Below, piece after piece: positions 1-9,981 of a stretch of 64,000 bases of DNA. The DNA is from Candidatus Bathyarchaeota archaeon (GTDB taxonomy: Archaea; Thermoproteota; Bathyarchaeia; Bathyarchaeales; Bathycorpusculaceae): positions 96,001 to 160,000 of the forward strand of contig CAWAKC010000010.1 of the NCBI GenBank assembly GCA_963782525.1. The letters are read 5' to 3'. Under the pieces are notes generated by a model. It ran no database searches. It saw only the letters and a list, made by a program, of their open reading frames with translations, and had not been told where the DNA came from. Numbering within the stretch: position 1 is the first letter of the stretch; each line of letters opens with the position of its first letter. The position numbers and the translations under genes are program-made.

Positions 1-4
1 TTAT

Positions 5-2689
5 ATGCCAACCAACGCCTATGTAAGTTGTGCACCGCCCGTCATCGGTGTTGGTCAAACCACTGCCATTGTTGTGTGGCTTGACAGGACCTCGCCTACA
101 TCAACCGGTACCAGCGGTGAAAGATTTCCAGGCTTCTTGCTAACGATCACGCAACCAGACGGAACTAATACAACAATTGGACCATGGGATGCTGGAAGTG
201 CTATTGCAAGTGACTTTAAGTCATTTACCCCCACTGAAGTCGGCAATTACTCGATTGTGTTCAGCTGGCCTGGGGCAACTATAGTCGCAGGCAACCAGCC
301 TTATGTCAACACACAAGCTGACGTAGGCGATGTTTGGCTACCCGCTACAAGCAAACCATGCACACTGACCGTGACGCAAGAACAGGTACCTAATTATCTA
401 GAAGCCCCTTTGCCAACAGACTATTGGACTAGACCGATAACTGACATAAACCGACAATGGTACACCCTTGCAAGCAACTGGCTACAAGGAACATGGCTAC
501 AATCAAACATCCAAACTGTAGGTACCGGACCAATGAGTGCTCACGTCCTTTGGGCTCGACCCATACTGCCGGCATATCCCGGAGGCATCGCTGACGCAAA
601 CTATGGGCCTCTAAACGCAAACATCGAAGACTATTTGAGTCCATGGGGAGGCTGCATAATAATGAACGGCATAATCTACTACAATACACCACAAAGCGCT
701 GAAACAGCCCACTACGGCTTCTATGCAGTGGACCTCCATACTGGACAACAAATATGGTACAACAATGGAACAAACCCCATAACCATGGCTGCATATACTG
801 GAGCAGGCGGAGTTGACCCCGCAGTCAGTCAAACCTATCCCAAACTCTCATGCGGACAAATGGTGGAAATCAACAACGTCAACGGAAGAGGAGTCGCCTC
901 ATACCTTTGGGAACAAGGACCAGCCACAAGCGCAGACCGTCCAGGTTACACCACATGGTATATGCTTGATCCCAGCACCGGCGCACTTTATCTGACCTTG
1001 CACAACGTTCCATCTGGCACAGGTGCAACAGATTCACAAGGTGACTTACTGGTATACACTTACAACTCTGCCACAGGCAATATCTTATGCTGGAACTCAA
1101 CACAAGCCATTCCTCCAGGAGGACCACTAGGAACTGGACAGCAAACATGGAGACCCCCCATTGGTGCAGTCATCGACACAATGAATAATACTCTATTTAC
1201 GCCGGGCGCATGGTCATCATCAGTTGATGCCGCCACTTTAGCAGCAATCAGTGCAGGACCCCTAACTCCATACACAATGAACGTATCTGTAGCTTCAGGT
1301 CTACTTGGAAGCATGACTATACTCAAAGATGCTACTCGTGAACCAGTCGGAATCTTCGGCAGCCAAATCAATTCAACCTATACTGGTGGAACCGCAACTC
1401 CCTCAGCTGATGTATTTACAGTTTGGAAAGTAAGCATAAACGACCACGCAGCTCCCTACAGTCCCTACCCCAACCTGGCAGGTACTCTCAACAACAACCT
1501 AGGATTTACCGCCACTTTAGATTACAAGAAAGATATCACTGCCCCAATCACTGGCAAGAACTACACTTGGAGCATCAGTCTTGGCGGACAAGCTGATCAA
1601 GCTGGAGTATTCTTCGTAAGATGCACTCAGACAAGCCAAATATGGGCATATAGCTTACAGACCGGACAGCCACTTTGGGGTCCAATCGAAGGTATCAAGG
1701 GCGGCGACGCAAACGACCAAATGATATACTACAGCCAAAGCGCAGTCGTCTATGGCAATAAACTACTTGTAACTGATGGTTACCAAGGAACAATCACAGC
1801 ATATGATGTGCAAACTGGTAACTTCATTTGGCAATATACGGCTTCAGCAGTACCCTACAGTTTTGAAAGCGCATACGGAGCTAACATGCCAATCAGCCTC
1901 GGCGATATTTGCAATGGAATGATATACACCTGGTCAAATGAACACTCGCCCACTAACCCACTGTGGCGCCAATCGTACACGCGCTGTATCAACGCAACCG
2001 ATGGAACACTCTTATGGAAACTATCTACTTACATGGACTTTATTGGAACACCTTCAGCTATCGCAGATGGGTGTCTTGTAACTGCAAGTGACTATGACAA
2101 CTTGATCTACTGCATTGGCAAAGGACCAAGCGGCACAACAGTTACAGCGCCACAGAACGGCATAACAGCGGGAAACAGCTTTACAATTACAGGCACAGTC
2201 ACCGACCAATCAGCAGGCGCATTAGCATTCGCAACCAAATACGGTCTCACAGGCGGAGTTGCAGCAGTATCCGATGATAGCCAAGAAGCATACATGATGT
2301 ACCTCTACGAGCAGCAGGTGAAACCTTCGGATGCAAGTGGAGTTCCAGTAACCATAAATGCCATCGACCCTAACGGCAACGTGGTTACTCTCGGCACAAC
2401 AACCAGCGACGTAAACGGCTTCTACAGCTTCCAAGTGAACCCAGACATGCTTACCGCGGGCACAGGAACCTACACAGTTATCGCTTCGTTCGCAGGCTCT
2501 AACTCTTATGGTTCATCAAATGCAGAATCCGCTTTCACAGTCAACTCTGCAGCACCAACTGCCTCTCCCCAGCCAGTAGCCTCTCAGCCACCTACAGACA
2601 TGTACATTCTAGGCGCAGCAGTTGCAATTATTATTGCAATAGCCATCGTCGGAATTGTGCTATTCATAACAATCAGGAAACGACCGTAA
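5..2689 (+). CDS. PQQ-like beta-propeller surface/membrane-anchored protein (5' end probably outside window)
   Basis: 894-aa ORF with W-rich propeller repeats (YAVDLHTGQQIW, AYDVQTGNFIWQY, INATDGTLLWKL), PLPTDYWTRPI motif, Ig-like C-terminal domain, TM helix and RKRP tail. No signal peptide is visible, so it is likely partial. Confidence 0.85.
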   Translation: MPTNAYVSCAPPVIGVGQTTAIVVWLDRTSPTSTGTSGERFPGFLLTITQPDGTNTTIGPWDAGSAIASDFKSFTPTEVGNYSIVFSWPGATIVAGNQPYVNTQADVGDVWLPATSKPCTLTVTQEQVPNYLEAPLPTDYWTRPITDINRQWYTLASNWLQGTWLQSNIQTVGTGPMSAHVLWARPILPAYPGGIADANYGPLNANIEDYLSPWGGCIIMNGIIYYNTPQSAETAHYGFYAVDLHTGQQIWYNNGTNPITMAAYTGAGGVDPAVSQTYPKLSCGQMVEINNVNGRGVASYLWEQGPATSADRPGYTTWYMLDPSTGALYLTLHNVPSGTGATDSQGDLLVYTYNSATGNILCWNSTQAIPPGGPLGTGQQTWRPPIGAVIDTMNNTLFTPGAWSSSVDAATLAAISAGPLTPYTMNVSVASGLLGSMTILKDATREPVGIFGSQINSTYTGGTATPSADVFTVWKVSINDHAAPYSPYPNLAGTLNNNLGFTATLDYKKDITAPITGKNYTWSISLGGQADQAGVFFVRCTQTSQIWAYSLQTGQPLWGPIEGIKGGDANDQMIYYSQSAVVYGNKLLVTDGYQGTITAYDVQTGNFIWQYTASAVPYSFESAYGANMPISLGDICNGMIYTWSNEHSPTNPLWRQSYTRCINATDGTLLWKLSTYMDFIGTPSAIADGCLVTASDYDNLIYCIGKGPSGTTVTAPQNGITAGNSFTITGTVTDQSAGALAFATKYGLTGGVAAVSDDSQEAYMMYLYEQQVKPSDASGVPVTINAIDPNGNVVTLGTTTSDVNGFYSFQVNPDMLTAGTGTYTVIASFAGSNSYGSSNAESAFTVNSAAPTASPQPVASQPPTDMYILGAAVAIIIAIAIVGIVLFITIRKRP

Positions 2690-2694
2690 GCAAC

Positions 2695-2732
2695 AGAAAA
2701 AAAAAACAATATTCCTTCCTTTTTTTGTTTTT
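2695..2732 (+). terminator. U-rich archaeal terminator after propeller gene
   Basis: A-run followed by TTCCTTCCTTTTTTTGTTTTT immediately after the stop codon. Confidence 0.45.
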
Positions 2733-2932
2733 ACACTTAAGCTTTAACATTAATGGGCAGTTTAATTACGGGCATTTGCGCTTCTTCGTAAGTCTAAACG
2801 TTCAGAAGTTTTTAGAACGCCTAAATTTGTTAGATTTAGGTATAAAGTTATACGTTTGTGTTTTAAAACATAATATTACCCAAAAACAATACATCTCTTG
2901 ATTGAGGAATTAAACTGGCGCCGCACCAAAGT

Positions 2933-4105
2933 GTGTTCAAAGACGAATCCAAACTTGACATAAACTACATCCCAGCGAAGCTGCCACACCGTGAAACCCA
3001 ACAGCGTCTCCTCATGGAATTCTTCAACTTTATCTTGCGCTGCCCCGAAAAGATGGCTCAGCGTGTCATCTTGACAGGAGATGTAGGTACAGGAAAAACA
3101 GCGCTCGCCCAGCATTTCGGCGCAAACATCACATCAGAAGCTAACAAACGGGGCATAAAATTCCGCTACGTTCACCTTAACTGCCGCGAATACCGAGGGA
3201 GTCTTTCGCCCATTCTGCATCGCGCTGTCACTGTTTTTCGCCCAAATTATCCAGCTCGTGGGTATAGTTCCGATGAGATCCTTGGCACGCTTATGCAGGT
3301 TTTGGATGAAGAAAATGCAACCTTGATACTGACCCTAGACGAATTCGACAGCCTAATCGAGAAAGAAGGCTCCGACGCTGTGTATAAGCTGACGCGGCTG
3401 CAGGAGATGCGGCAGGGCAAACCACAGCGGTTGTCATTCATCTTTATTATGCGTGACTTAGCTGCGATTGCACCCTTAGATGAGAGCGCCAAGAGCACCC
3501 TTCAACGAAGCATCATCCGTCTGGAAAGATATGGCAAGCCACAACTCATCGACATCTTAAACGACCGCGTCGCGATGGCGTTTGAGTTGGGTGCGGTGCC
3601 TGAGGACGTAGTGGATTTGATTTCGGAGTTAGCTTTCTCTGAAACTGGAAACGCCCGTTTTGGAATTGAATTGTTGTGGCGCTCAGGTAAATATGCCGAT
3701 GCAGAAGACGCTGGTTGCGTTGAGCCTGAGTGCGTTCGCATGGCGGTTTCACGTATTATTCCTGGTTTACGCCGAAGCGAACTATCAGGGCTAGGGTTAC
3801 ATGAAAAACTGTTTTTGCTTGCGGTAGCGCGATATTTTAGGGAGAATGAGCAAGCCTATGTTTCCCTCTCCGAAGTTGAAAAGGCATATGCGGTTGTATG
3901 CGAAGAATTCGACGAGAAACCAAACGGTCATACCCAAGTCTACAACTATGCTCAGTACCTCTCAAAGCTCAGCGTATTAAAAACTGAGGTCGCAACCGCT
4001 GAAACCCGTGGACGAACAACTATGCTGTCCTTGCCAACCATACCCGCGGTAGAGTTGGAGAAAGAGTTGTGTGTGGGTCTGAGATCTGAAAGAGGGCGTG
4101 CTTAA
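2933..4105 (+). CDS. cdc6: Orc1/Cdc6 replication initiator (AAA+ ATPase with winged helix)
   Basis: YIPAKLPHRE, Walker A GDVGTGKT, Walker B LDEFD, GNARFGIELL, C-terminal RGRT motif. Confidence 0.95.
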   Translation: MFKDESKLDINYIPAKLPHRETQQRLLMEFFNFILRCPEKMAQRVILTGDVGTGKTALAQHFGANITSEANKRGIKFRYVHLNCREYRGSLSPILHRAVTVFRPNYPARGYSSDEILGTLMQVLDEENATLILTLDEFDSLIEKEGSDAVYKLTRLQEMRQGKPQRLSFIFIMRDLAAIAPLDESAKSTLQRSIIRLERYGKPQLIDILNDRVAMAFELGAVPEDVVDLISELAFSETGNARFGIELLWRSGKYADAEDAGCVEPECVRMAVSRIIPGLRRSELSGLGLHEKLFLLAVARYFRENEQAYVSLSEVEKAYAVVCEEFDEKPNGHTQVYNYAQYLSKLSVLKTEVATAETRGRTTMLSLPTIPAVELEKELCVGLRSERGRA

Positions 4106-4107
4106 CT

Positions 4108-4368
4108 ATGCAACTTGAGGAAGTTTTTTCGTCAAAGTCCCGCATGAAAATTTTAAAACTTATCTATCAACTGGGGCAATTGAACGTTTCTGATGTTGCG
4201 CGTCGTTTAAAACTCAATTTTGCATCAACTAGTAAGCATCTTAACCTTTTGGAGTCTGAAGGTATTCTCGAAGAGCGCACGTATGGTCGGGTGCGCATGT
4301 ACAGGTTTAGTGATGGCGCGAAGGCGAAGGCTGTAGTAGTTTTGATTGAGACGTGGGAAAAACAGTAA
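4108..4368 (+). CDS. ArsR-like winged-helix transcriptional regulator
   Basis: 86 aa; SRMKILKL...LNVSDVARRL...TSKHLNLLESEGIL...GRVRMY pattern; starts 2 bp after the cdc6 stop. Confidence 0.85.
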   Translation: MQLEEVFSSKSRMKILKLIYQLGQLNVSDVARRLKLNFASTSKHLNLLESEGILEERTYGRVRMYRFSDGAKAKAVVVLIETWEKQ

Positions 4369-4478
4369 CTTTTGAAATGTGATTTAGGTTTTTTCTTGTT
4401 TTCTGGTATTTATCTACTTCTTGTCAGGAGCTAAAAAGCTGGCAGAATCAAACGAACTTTTACTTACACCCAAGACAA

Positions 4479-4915
4479 GCAAGCGGTTGTGATTGTTTAT
4501 GCACGCCAACAAATCTATTTAAGAAATTAACCCGCCTATAGTTAATCTGAAGAACTATCAAGGAGATTTTTAAATGCTTGAAGGATGGGAATGGATTATC
4601 ATCGGTGTTGTTGCAATCGTTATCATCATGTGGGGTCCAGCGAAGATTCCACAGTTTGCACGGGCATTAGGACAAGCCAAGGGCGAATTCAGCAAAGCTT
4701 CAAAAGAATTCAACAACGCTGCCCTAACAACCGAGAATTCTGCAGCGTCGGCCCAGCAAGTTGCGTCGCCTGCTCCTCAACCAGCAACCATAAGGACTAA
4801 AGATGAAATGTTGCTTGAAACAGCCCAGAGACTTGGAATCCCTACTGAAGGTAAAACACGAGATCAAATATCCGAAGAAATATCCGTGAAAGTGAAAATT
4901 TTAGGCGCCGAATAA
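4479..4915 (+). repeat. Inverted duplication of tatA and its promoter, copy 1 (partner 11256-11685)
   Basis: First 65 nt and an 81-nt 3' block are identical to the reverse complement of copy 2. The upstream GCAAGCGGTYGTGATT...TATTTAAGAA...CCGCCTA segment is also shared. Confidence 0.9.
4574..4915 (+). CDS. tatA: Twin-arginine translocase TatA/TatE subunit (copy 1)
   Basis: N-terminal TM GWEWIIIGVVAIVIIMWGPAKIPQFARALG plus amphipathic helix; upstream of tatC. Confidence 0.93.
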   Translation: MLEGWEWIIIGVVAIVIIMWGPAKIPQFARALGQAKGEFSKASKEFNNAALTTENSAASAQQVASPAPQPATIRTKDEMLLETAQRLGIPTEGKTRDQISEEISVKVKILGAE

Positions 4916-5073
4916 TGGCTATTTCAGCCTTTATTTTTTCTTGGCAAGAATTAATTGAATCCCTAAATTTCCTCTAAAAATAAGTCAGTAGACTGAACTA
5001 TAGAGGATTCTATTCTCTTCCATGTTTCCATAAATAGAAATTTAGATACAAACTAAAAAAAATTGAGAGTTAA

Positions 5074-5973
5074 TTGACAATGCCGGAAGGACAAAGTTTC
5101 TTCGAAGGTTTCTGGGGGCACGTTACCGAATTCATAAAGCGTATGAAAATAGTGCTAGCAGTTTTTGTTGTTTCGCTCTTTGTGATGCTTGTTCTTCCAG
5201 GTAATAGCGACTTCTTTGCAACGACCAACAATTACAAACCCTTAATGTCTGTACTTTTAGTGTATATTGGTAACATGTTTTTGCCCCAAGGGGCGCAACT
5301 TTTTGCTAACTCTATGTCTGACCCTATAACACTCTATGCTTATGCAGCCGTGGTCTTTGCTGTCGGCTTCACCTTACCAGTATTTGCTTACGAAGCCTAC
5401 AAATTTATTGACCCAGCATTGTATCAACATGAACGAAGAGCGATTTTGCCATTTGTTTCTATAGTGACTGTTCTCTTCGTGATTGGCGCTGTTTTTGGCT
5501 TTTTCTTTCTGGCGCCTGCATTTATCCAAGGCTTCATACCTTTCTATACCGCCGTAAATGCAGTGCAATTATTCCCGATCATGGATTTTTACAATACAAT
5601 CTTTTTTACCATAATTGTTAGCGGTTTTCTCTTCACTATTCCTGCGTTCTTTGTGCTTCTAGTCAAATTCGGGATTTTGCATACAAAATCGATCACTAAA
5701 CAAAGAAAGTACATCTATGCAGGTCTTGCAATTGCCGCGATGTTCATCTCGCCTGGCGCAACACCTATTGGCGATTTGTACTTGTTTGTAGCTTTGCTTG
5801 CGTTAGTGGAAGTAAGCTTGTTTGTGGGAAAAAGATATGAAAACAAAATGGGGAACGGCAGCGCCCAGTCTCTATTATCAAAATGGTTTTCGGTTTCAAC
5901 CTGTAAGTTCTGCAATTCTACCCTTGAGGAAAACCAGCAATATTGCCCCAACTGCAAACGTTATCTTATATAA
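5074..5973 (+). CDS. tatC: Twin-arginine translocase TatC with C-terminal zinc ribbon
   Basis: FWGHVTEFIKR, YEAYKFIDPALYQHERR, multiple TM helices; tail CKFC...CPNC. Confidence 0.92.
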   Translation: MTMPEGQSFFEGFWGHVTEFIKRMKIVLAVFVVSLFVMLVLPGNSDFFATTNNYKPLMSVLLVYIGNMFLPQGAQLFANSMSDPITLYAYAAVVFAVGFTLPVFAYEAYKFIDPALYQHERRAILPFVSIVTVLFVIGAVFGFFFLAPAFIQGFIPFYTAVNAVQLFPIMDFYNTIFFTIIVSGFLFTIPAFFVLLVKFGILHTKSITKQRKYIYAGLAIAAMFISPGATPIGDLYLFVALLALVEVSLFVGKRYENKMGNGSAQSLLSKWFSVSTCKFCNSTLEENQQYCPNCKRYLI

Positions 5974-6302
5974 ATTTTGAAAGTCATCGCTAATTATGAC
6001 TGTATGTTGGCAAGAACAAACTCTCAAAAGAATCAAGCGCTAATTATCAGACAAGGAGTTTTTGGAATGTTCACAAAGAAGGCAAGAATAATTAGCTATC
6101 ATTTTTGCAATATAAAAAAATTCGAGAAAGAAATAGCAGTTGCAAGAAAAAAACAAGTAGATGATTTGATGCTCCGAGCAAATTGATTCAATTATTGTCT
6201 TGAGATCTTAACATTTTAAGATTCTATTCCTGATTTGACCCCGAGTAAATAAGAAATGAAAACTTTTAAACAAGTTTTAATATATTCAGAAACAGTGGCA
6301 AC

Positions 6303-6518
6303 ATGAGTAGATTAGGCTAGCGGGGTGGTTCTTTTTCTTTAATTGGTTTGGCGTTATTTGCTGTATTGTTTTTTGAGGAGGTTTTCAATAATTTGAATTA
6401 TTATTACTATCATCAAGTAAACTTTGTTTTGCTTTTGTTGATTGGCTTTTTATCATTGTTCATAGGCTCAATGTTAGTATTTTGGAAAGTAGAACAAAAG
6501 AAACAACTCTCTTCTTAA
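6303..6518 (+). pseudogene. Small two-TM membrane protein interrupted by in-frame TAG
   Basis: ATG 6303 reads MSRLG*RGGSFSLIGLALFAVLFF...LLLIGFLSLFIGSMLVFWKVEQKKQLSS in a single frame. Confidence 0.35.
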
Positions 6519-6572
6519 ATTATAAAATGCTGAATCAGAAGAAAGTTTAGAACTTTCTAATTGAACGTTTTG

Positions 6573-7424
6573 TCATTTCCTACGATTGTAGAAGAGAAAT
6601 CCCATAATTACTATTGCGGCTGCTGCTGCTGCGATTGCTCCAATTATCATTGGATAGAGGTTTAAGTTTTGTACGCTTGAATTCAGGGCGTCTTGGTGCT
6701 GAGCTGGTTGATTAGTTGTCTGTGGAACAGTTGGTTGAGGGGTTGGCTGAACTGTTGGTTCTGGAGTGGGGGATGTTTGCGTTGTGCTTGGTTGCTGCAG
6801 ACGTGGCTGGTTAACTATGATTTGTGCTGCATCAGGGTTTGGGGAAATGGGGGCGAGGGTGGGGTCATTTATTGATATTGCGGTAATCTTACTTATCCAT
6901 GCTGCACCGTTTGCATTAGGAATAACCAAACGAAGAATCTCGGGTAAGGGGGTGCCTTCCAACTCGTAAGCTACGATTACATTCTGGGGTATATCGTCGG
7001 AGAGTTTGAGGCTGGTTGTGTATCCATCTGAGGCGTAGAAGTGAAGATTTGCGTTCTGATCAGTAAATCCGGCTTCGGCGAGTAATTCCCTAAGTGACAC
7101 GCCGCCCCACAGACCGGTTTCAATGAGTCTGCCATAACAGCTTAGGTCAGAATACACGGTGGTTTTGGGCATGGCGTAGATGTCATTTAAGGATAAACTT
7201 ACCGGGTTGTTGACTCCGTTGCTGTCGAAGGTGTTTATTTGGAGTATTCCTGTTGAATTTCCACTTTGGCTGGTGCCGCCGGAAGAATCAAGGGCGGAAA
7301 CGCTAAGCAAAGAGCTTAAGGATAATATTGCGATGGATATTAGTATCAAGAATATTTGGGGGACGCTTTTTTTCAATGTTTGTTTCCTCTTATGGCGTAA
7401 ATAAAACAGTATTATATGACACAT
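6573..7424 (-). CDS. Membrane-anchored molybdopterin-binding (sulfite oxidase/MsrP-like) domain protein
   Basis: Signal peptide, SDLSCYG, WGGVSLRELL, ASDGYTTSL, LRLVIP...WISKITAI, PT-rich linker and C-terminal TM. True start is probably a few codons downstream. Confidence 0.8.
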   Translation of the reverse strand: MCHIILFYLRHKRKQTLKKSVPQIFLILISIAILSLSSLLSVSALDSSGGTSQSGNSTGILQINTFDSNGVNNPVSLSLNDIYAMPKTTVYSDLSCYGRLIETGLWGGVSLRELLAEAGFTDQNANLHFYASDGYTTSLKLSDDIPQNVIVAYELEGTPLPEILRLVIPNANGAAWISKITAISINDPTLAPISPNPDAAQIIVNQPRLQQPSTTQTSPTPEPTVQPTPQPTVPQTTNQPAQHQDALNSSVQNLNLYPMIIGAIAAAAAAIVIMGFLFYNRRK

Positions 7425-8263
7425 GTCATACTCTTAAATATTGTCTTCTAACAAACTTGAACAGAAAAATAGCGCACATTTACAGTTAAATCAGAAATCC
7501 TTTCCAAATTGTCAAGATGACATAATCTGTTAGAAAACATGAATAACTCCGATAATTATGGTCATAGCTTGGACGATGAGAAAATCTCCTCACTCCATCT
7601 TACTTCACCCACAAACAATCACCTCTTCTCTTTTCGCAGTCGAAAACAAGAAGTAAACTCTGCCTCAAAAAATACTGAACTGGTCTATACTTTATAACCT
7701 TACCATTTTGAGCCTAAAATATGTCAAAGAAAAAATGCAAGTCATTTTCAGAAGAAAACTTAGTTCTTTGATAGCTTTCTTTTATGAATGACAAAAAGCA
7801 ATTCCTTCTTTCTCAAAGACAAACTGTTCACAACTAAAGACTTGTTCAAAATTCGTTATGAAATCAGATGGTCGAAAAGACAAATCGCTAATCGGCTAGT
7901 CAAAATTCAAGTAAAACTCATAAGCAGAATAGACTTATAATTGTAATGGAGAAAATGTGATGTCAAAAAAACAAAACGAAGAAGTTGGGATAGTTGAAAC
8001 TATTGAAGTGGTTGTTAACAAGAAACGTGCTAACGCAAATTTTGAAATAAAGCATGATGTAAATGGAAAAGAAACTATGGCTATTACATGCATATAGATG
8101 AAAATGGTAAAGTAATAAAAATAGAAGTGCCCTGGGAAAAAGTTAAACAACTAAAGAAATAAATTCGCTGAAATATTTTTTTTCAACAGAATATCTATGG
8201 GAAAACCCTATTCTTTCAAAAAGTTAAACTGCACGAGAATGTGTAAAACAGTTATGCATAGAA

Positions 8264-8449
8264 GTGTCTTGGTCTGTTTGTTGTCACTGCCATAATCATG
8301 ATAGGTTTGCCGATTTTCCAGTCATCGGAACGCCATTGCCAACCCCAGAGTTTCCAACACTTATTGCTGTTGCAATAGTTCTCATAATAACCCCATTAGG
8401 AATATTGTTCTTTAAAAAGAAAGGGTTTAGCCTAAGGAACGTATCTTAA
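8264..8449 (+). pseudogene. Orphan PEF-CTERM sorting tail of a lost surface protein
   Basis: TPLPTPEFPTLIAVAIVLIITPLGILFFKKK: PEF motif, TM helix and basic cluster, with no upstream body. Confidence 0.6.
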
Positions 8450-8947
8450 TTTAGTAAAGTCGATAAATACAACATCAAGTCCTTCTCCCAGCATGAAGCA
8501 ACAATTCTTAAATCAGCTTACATAAAATAGAAGAAGTGAAGGAACTTTAATGAACAAAAATTCAAGCACCGAGATTATAGAACAGAATGGCAAACAACTC
8601 AAAGAGAAATATGGTATCGAAGTCTATAACTTGTTTCATGGTCTATCATGTACCAAGTTAGACAAACAACAAGGATATTTCGTATTGACGTTAATGGATG
8701 AACTTTTGAAAGCAAAATGACTTGTAATCTCCGAGCCAAGCTGTGTTTTTAACAAATATTCAGATTCAGACACACAAACTCTCGAAGAAATGTGACTAAA
8801 CATTCAATCAATTAGCTCACACAATGATTCTTTTCAATTTATTGAGAAACTTGCTTTTGAGGACCATGATGCTCTATCTAAAGTCAACAGTGTTTATGCA
8901 AGGAAACGGAAACGTATACACAGTATAGAGAAGTGTGGAAATTATTT

Positions 8948-9134
8948 ATGCGGCACAAAGATATCAAATGCACTTGAAATGATTCATCTTGAAAAAGTCA
9001 TTTTCCAATCGAACGAAAACAACGAGTGGACAGTGAAAGGCGTCAAGACAGTACAAGAAGCAGAGTTGATAAGTGCAGGATTTGAGTATGTCAGCGATAT
9101 GGAAGGCTTCAAACTCTTCCGCAAACGTAAATAG
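8948..9134 (+). pseudogene. Tyrosine recombinase/integrase C-terminal remnant
   Basis: MRHKDIKCT* then frameshift to IHLEKVIFQSNENNEWTVKGVKTVQEAELISAGFEYVSDMEGFKLFRKRK. This resembles the LGH..I.NT...GFE(Y/F)V...RKRK tail of the remnant at 54483-54794. Confidence 0.75.
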
Positions 9135-9447
9135 TTTGGACAATGTGCTATAACTTTGGACGATGAGAAAATCGAGGTACGATGAAGCTTAAGGTGGGGA
9201 AATTAAACGCTGGCGGCTTGTGAATACTTTTTCCGCTATTGAGTCCACAACTAAAAATATTGATATTTTATTTTGAGGTTATCGACGTAAAAAGTGACTG
9301 GTAGGAGTTTGAAACTACACAGAAGTTGAAGTATATCACACAACACCCATCTTTTTTGCATTTAATCCCTATTTTTAGGTGGAAGCAAGTTCTAAACTCA
9401 AATTTGAGTAGCTTTTATAAATAGAAAAATTCCATATCATACACGGA

Positions 9448-9792
9448 GTGAAAGACTTGCTGTTTAAACATAAGAGCCTTGTAAAAGTTGACATGGCGGA
9501 TTTAGATGGTGAGAAAGAAAACCTCGCAAATTTCTTGCAAAGCCACTATAAGTTAAATTCATCAACGACTTCCAAAGGTTTGGAACTAAACACGGATGAT
9601 GTTACGATTATTTCATTGGCAAGTTTGGTAAACAAGTTTGTCTATCACAAAAATCTAAACAGCTCACATTGGGTTACAGTAGAAAATAACGTGGTTAAAA
9701 TCAATAAGTTCAAAGGTTCCAACAAGAAAAAAGAAAAACACGAGAAAGAAAAATCCCCGCATCAAACGGCAACACAGAGCTGGGGACTATAA
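9448..9792 (+). CDS. Hypothetical protein, possibly eL22 (ribosomal L22e)-like
   Basis: 114 aa; V.VDMADL...LANFLQSH...LASLVNKFVYHKNL...WV pattern recalls archaeal eL22 homologues; basic C-terminus. Confidence 0.5.
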   Translation: MKDLLFKHKSLVKVDMADLDGEKENLANFLQSHYKLNSSTTSKGLELNTDDVTIISLASLVNKFVYHKNLNSSHWVTVENNVVKINKFKGSNKKKEKHEKEKSPHQTATQSWGL

Positions 9793-9981
9793 AACACATT
9801 TCTTCCCAAATACGCTGTCTTAGGTGAAATGAGCTTTTCCAAAAATGAAACCACCCCGTTGATCAATTCCAAAAGATTTGGTCAATTTTTATGCTTGGGT
9901 GGGTGCTGTTCCAGCTTTGGAACGGTTTGTTCCTTGAGTAGAACTAAATAGCCAACTCGGCATCTCATCGAATGGTGAACT

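Larger units (their letters stand above)
7569..9173. mobile_element. Decayed integrative element bounded by 18-bp direct repeats
   Basis: TTGGACGATGAGAAAATC at 7569-7586 and 9156-9173. The interior holds only gene fragments, and an integrase tail ends 21 bp before the right repeat. Confidence 0.7.

Noticed and set aside
2690-2932. Replication origin upstream of cdc6
   Set aside because: The region is AT-rich with short inverted repeats (CCTAAAT/ATTTAGG, TGTTTTAAAACA), but I found no recognisable repeated ORB (TTCCA..GGAAA plus G-string).
9156-9215. C/D-box sRNA (two CGATGA motifs)
   Set aside because: No matching CTGA D/D' boxes at suitable spacing.
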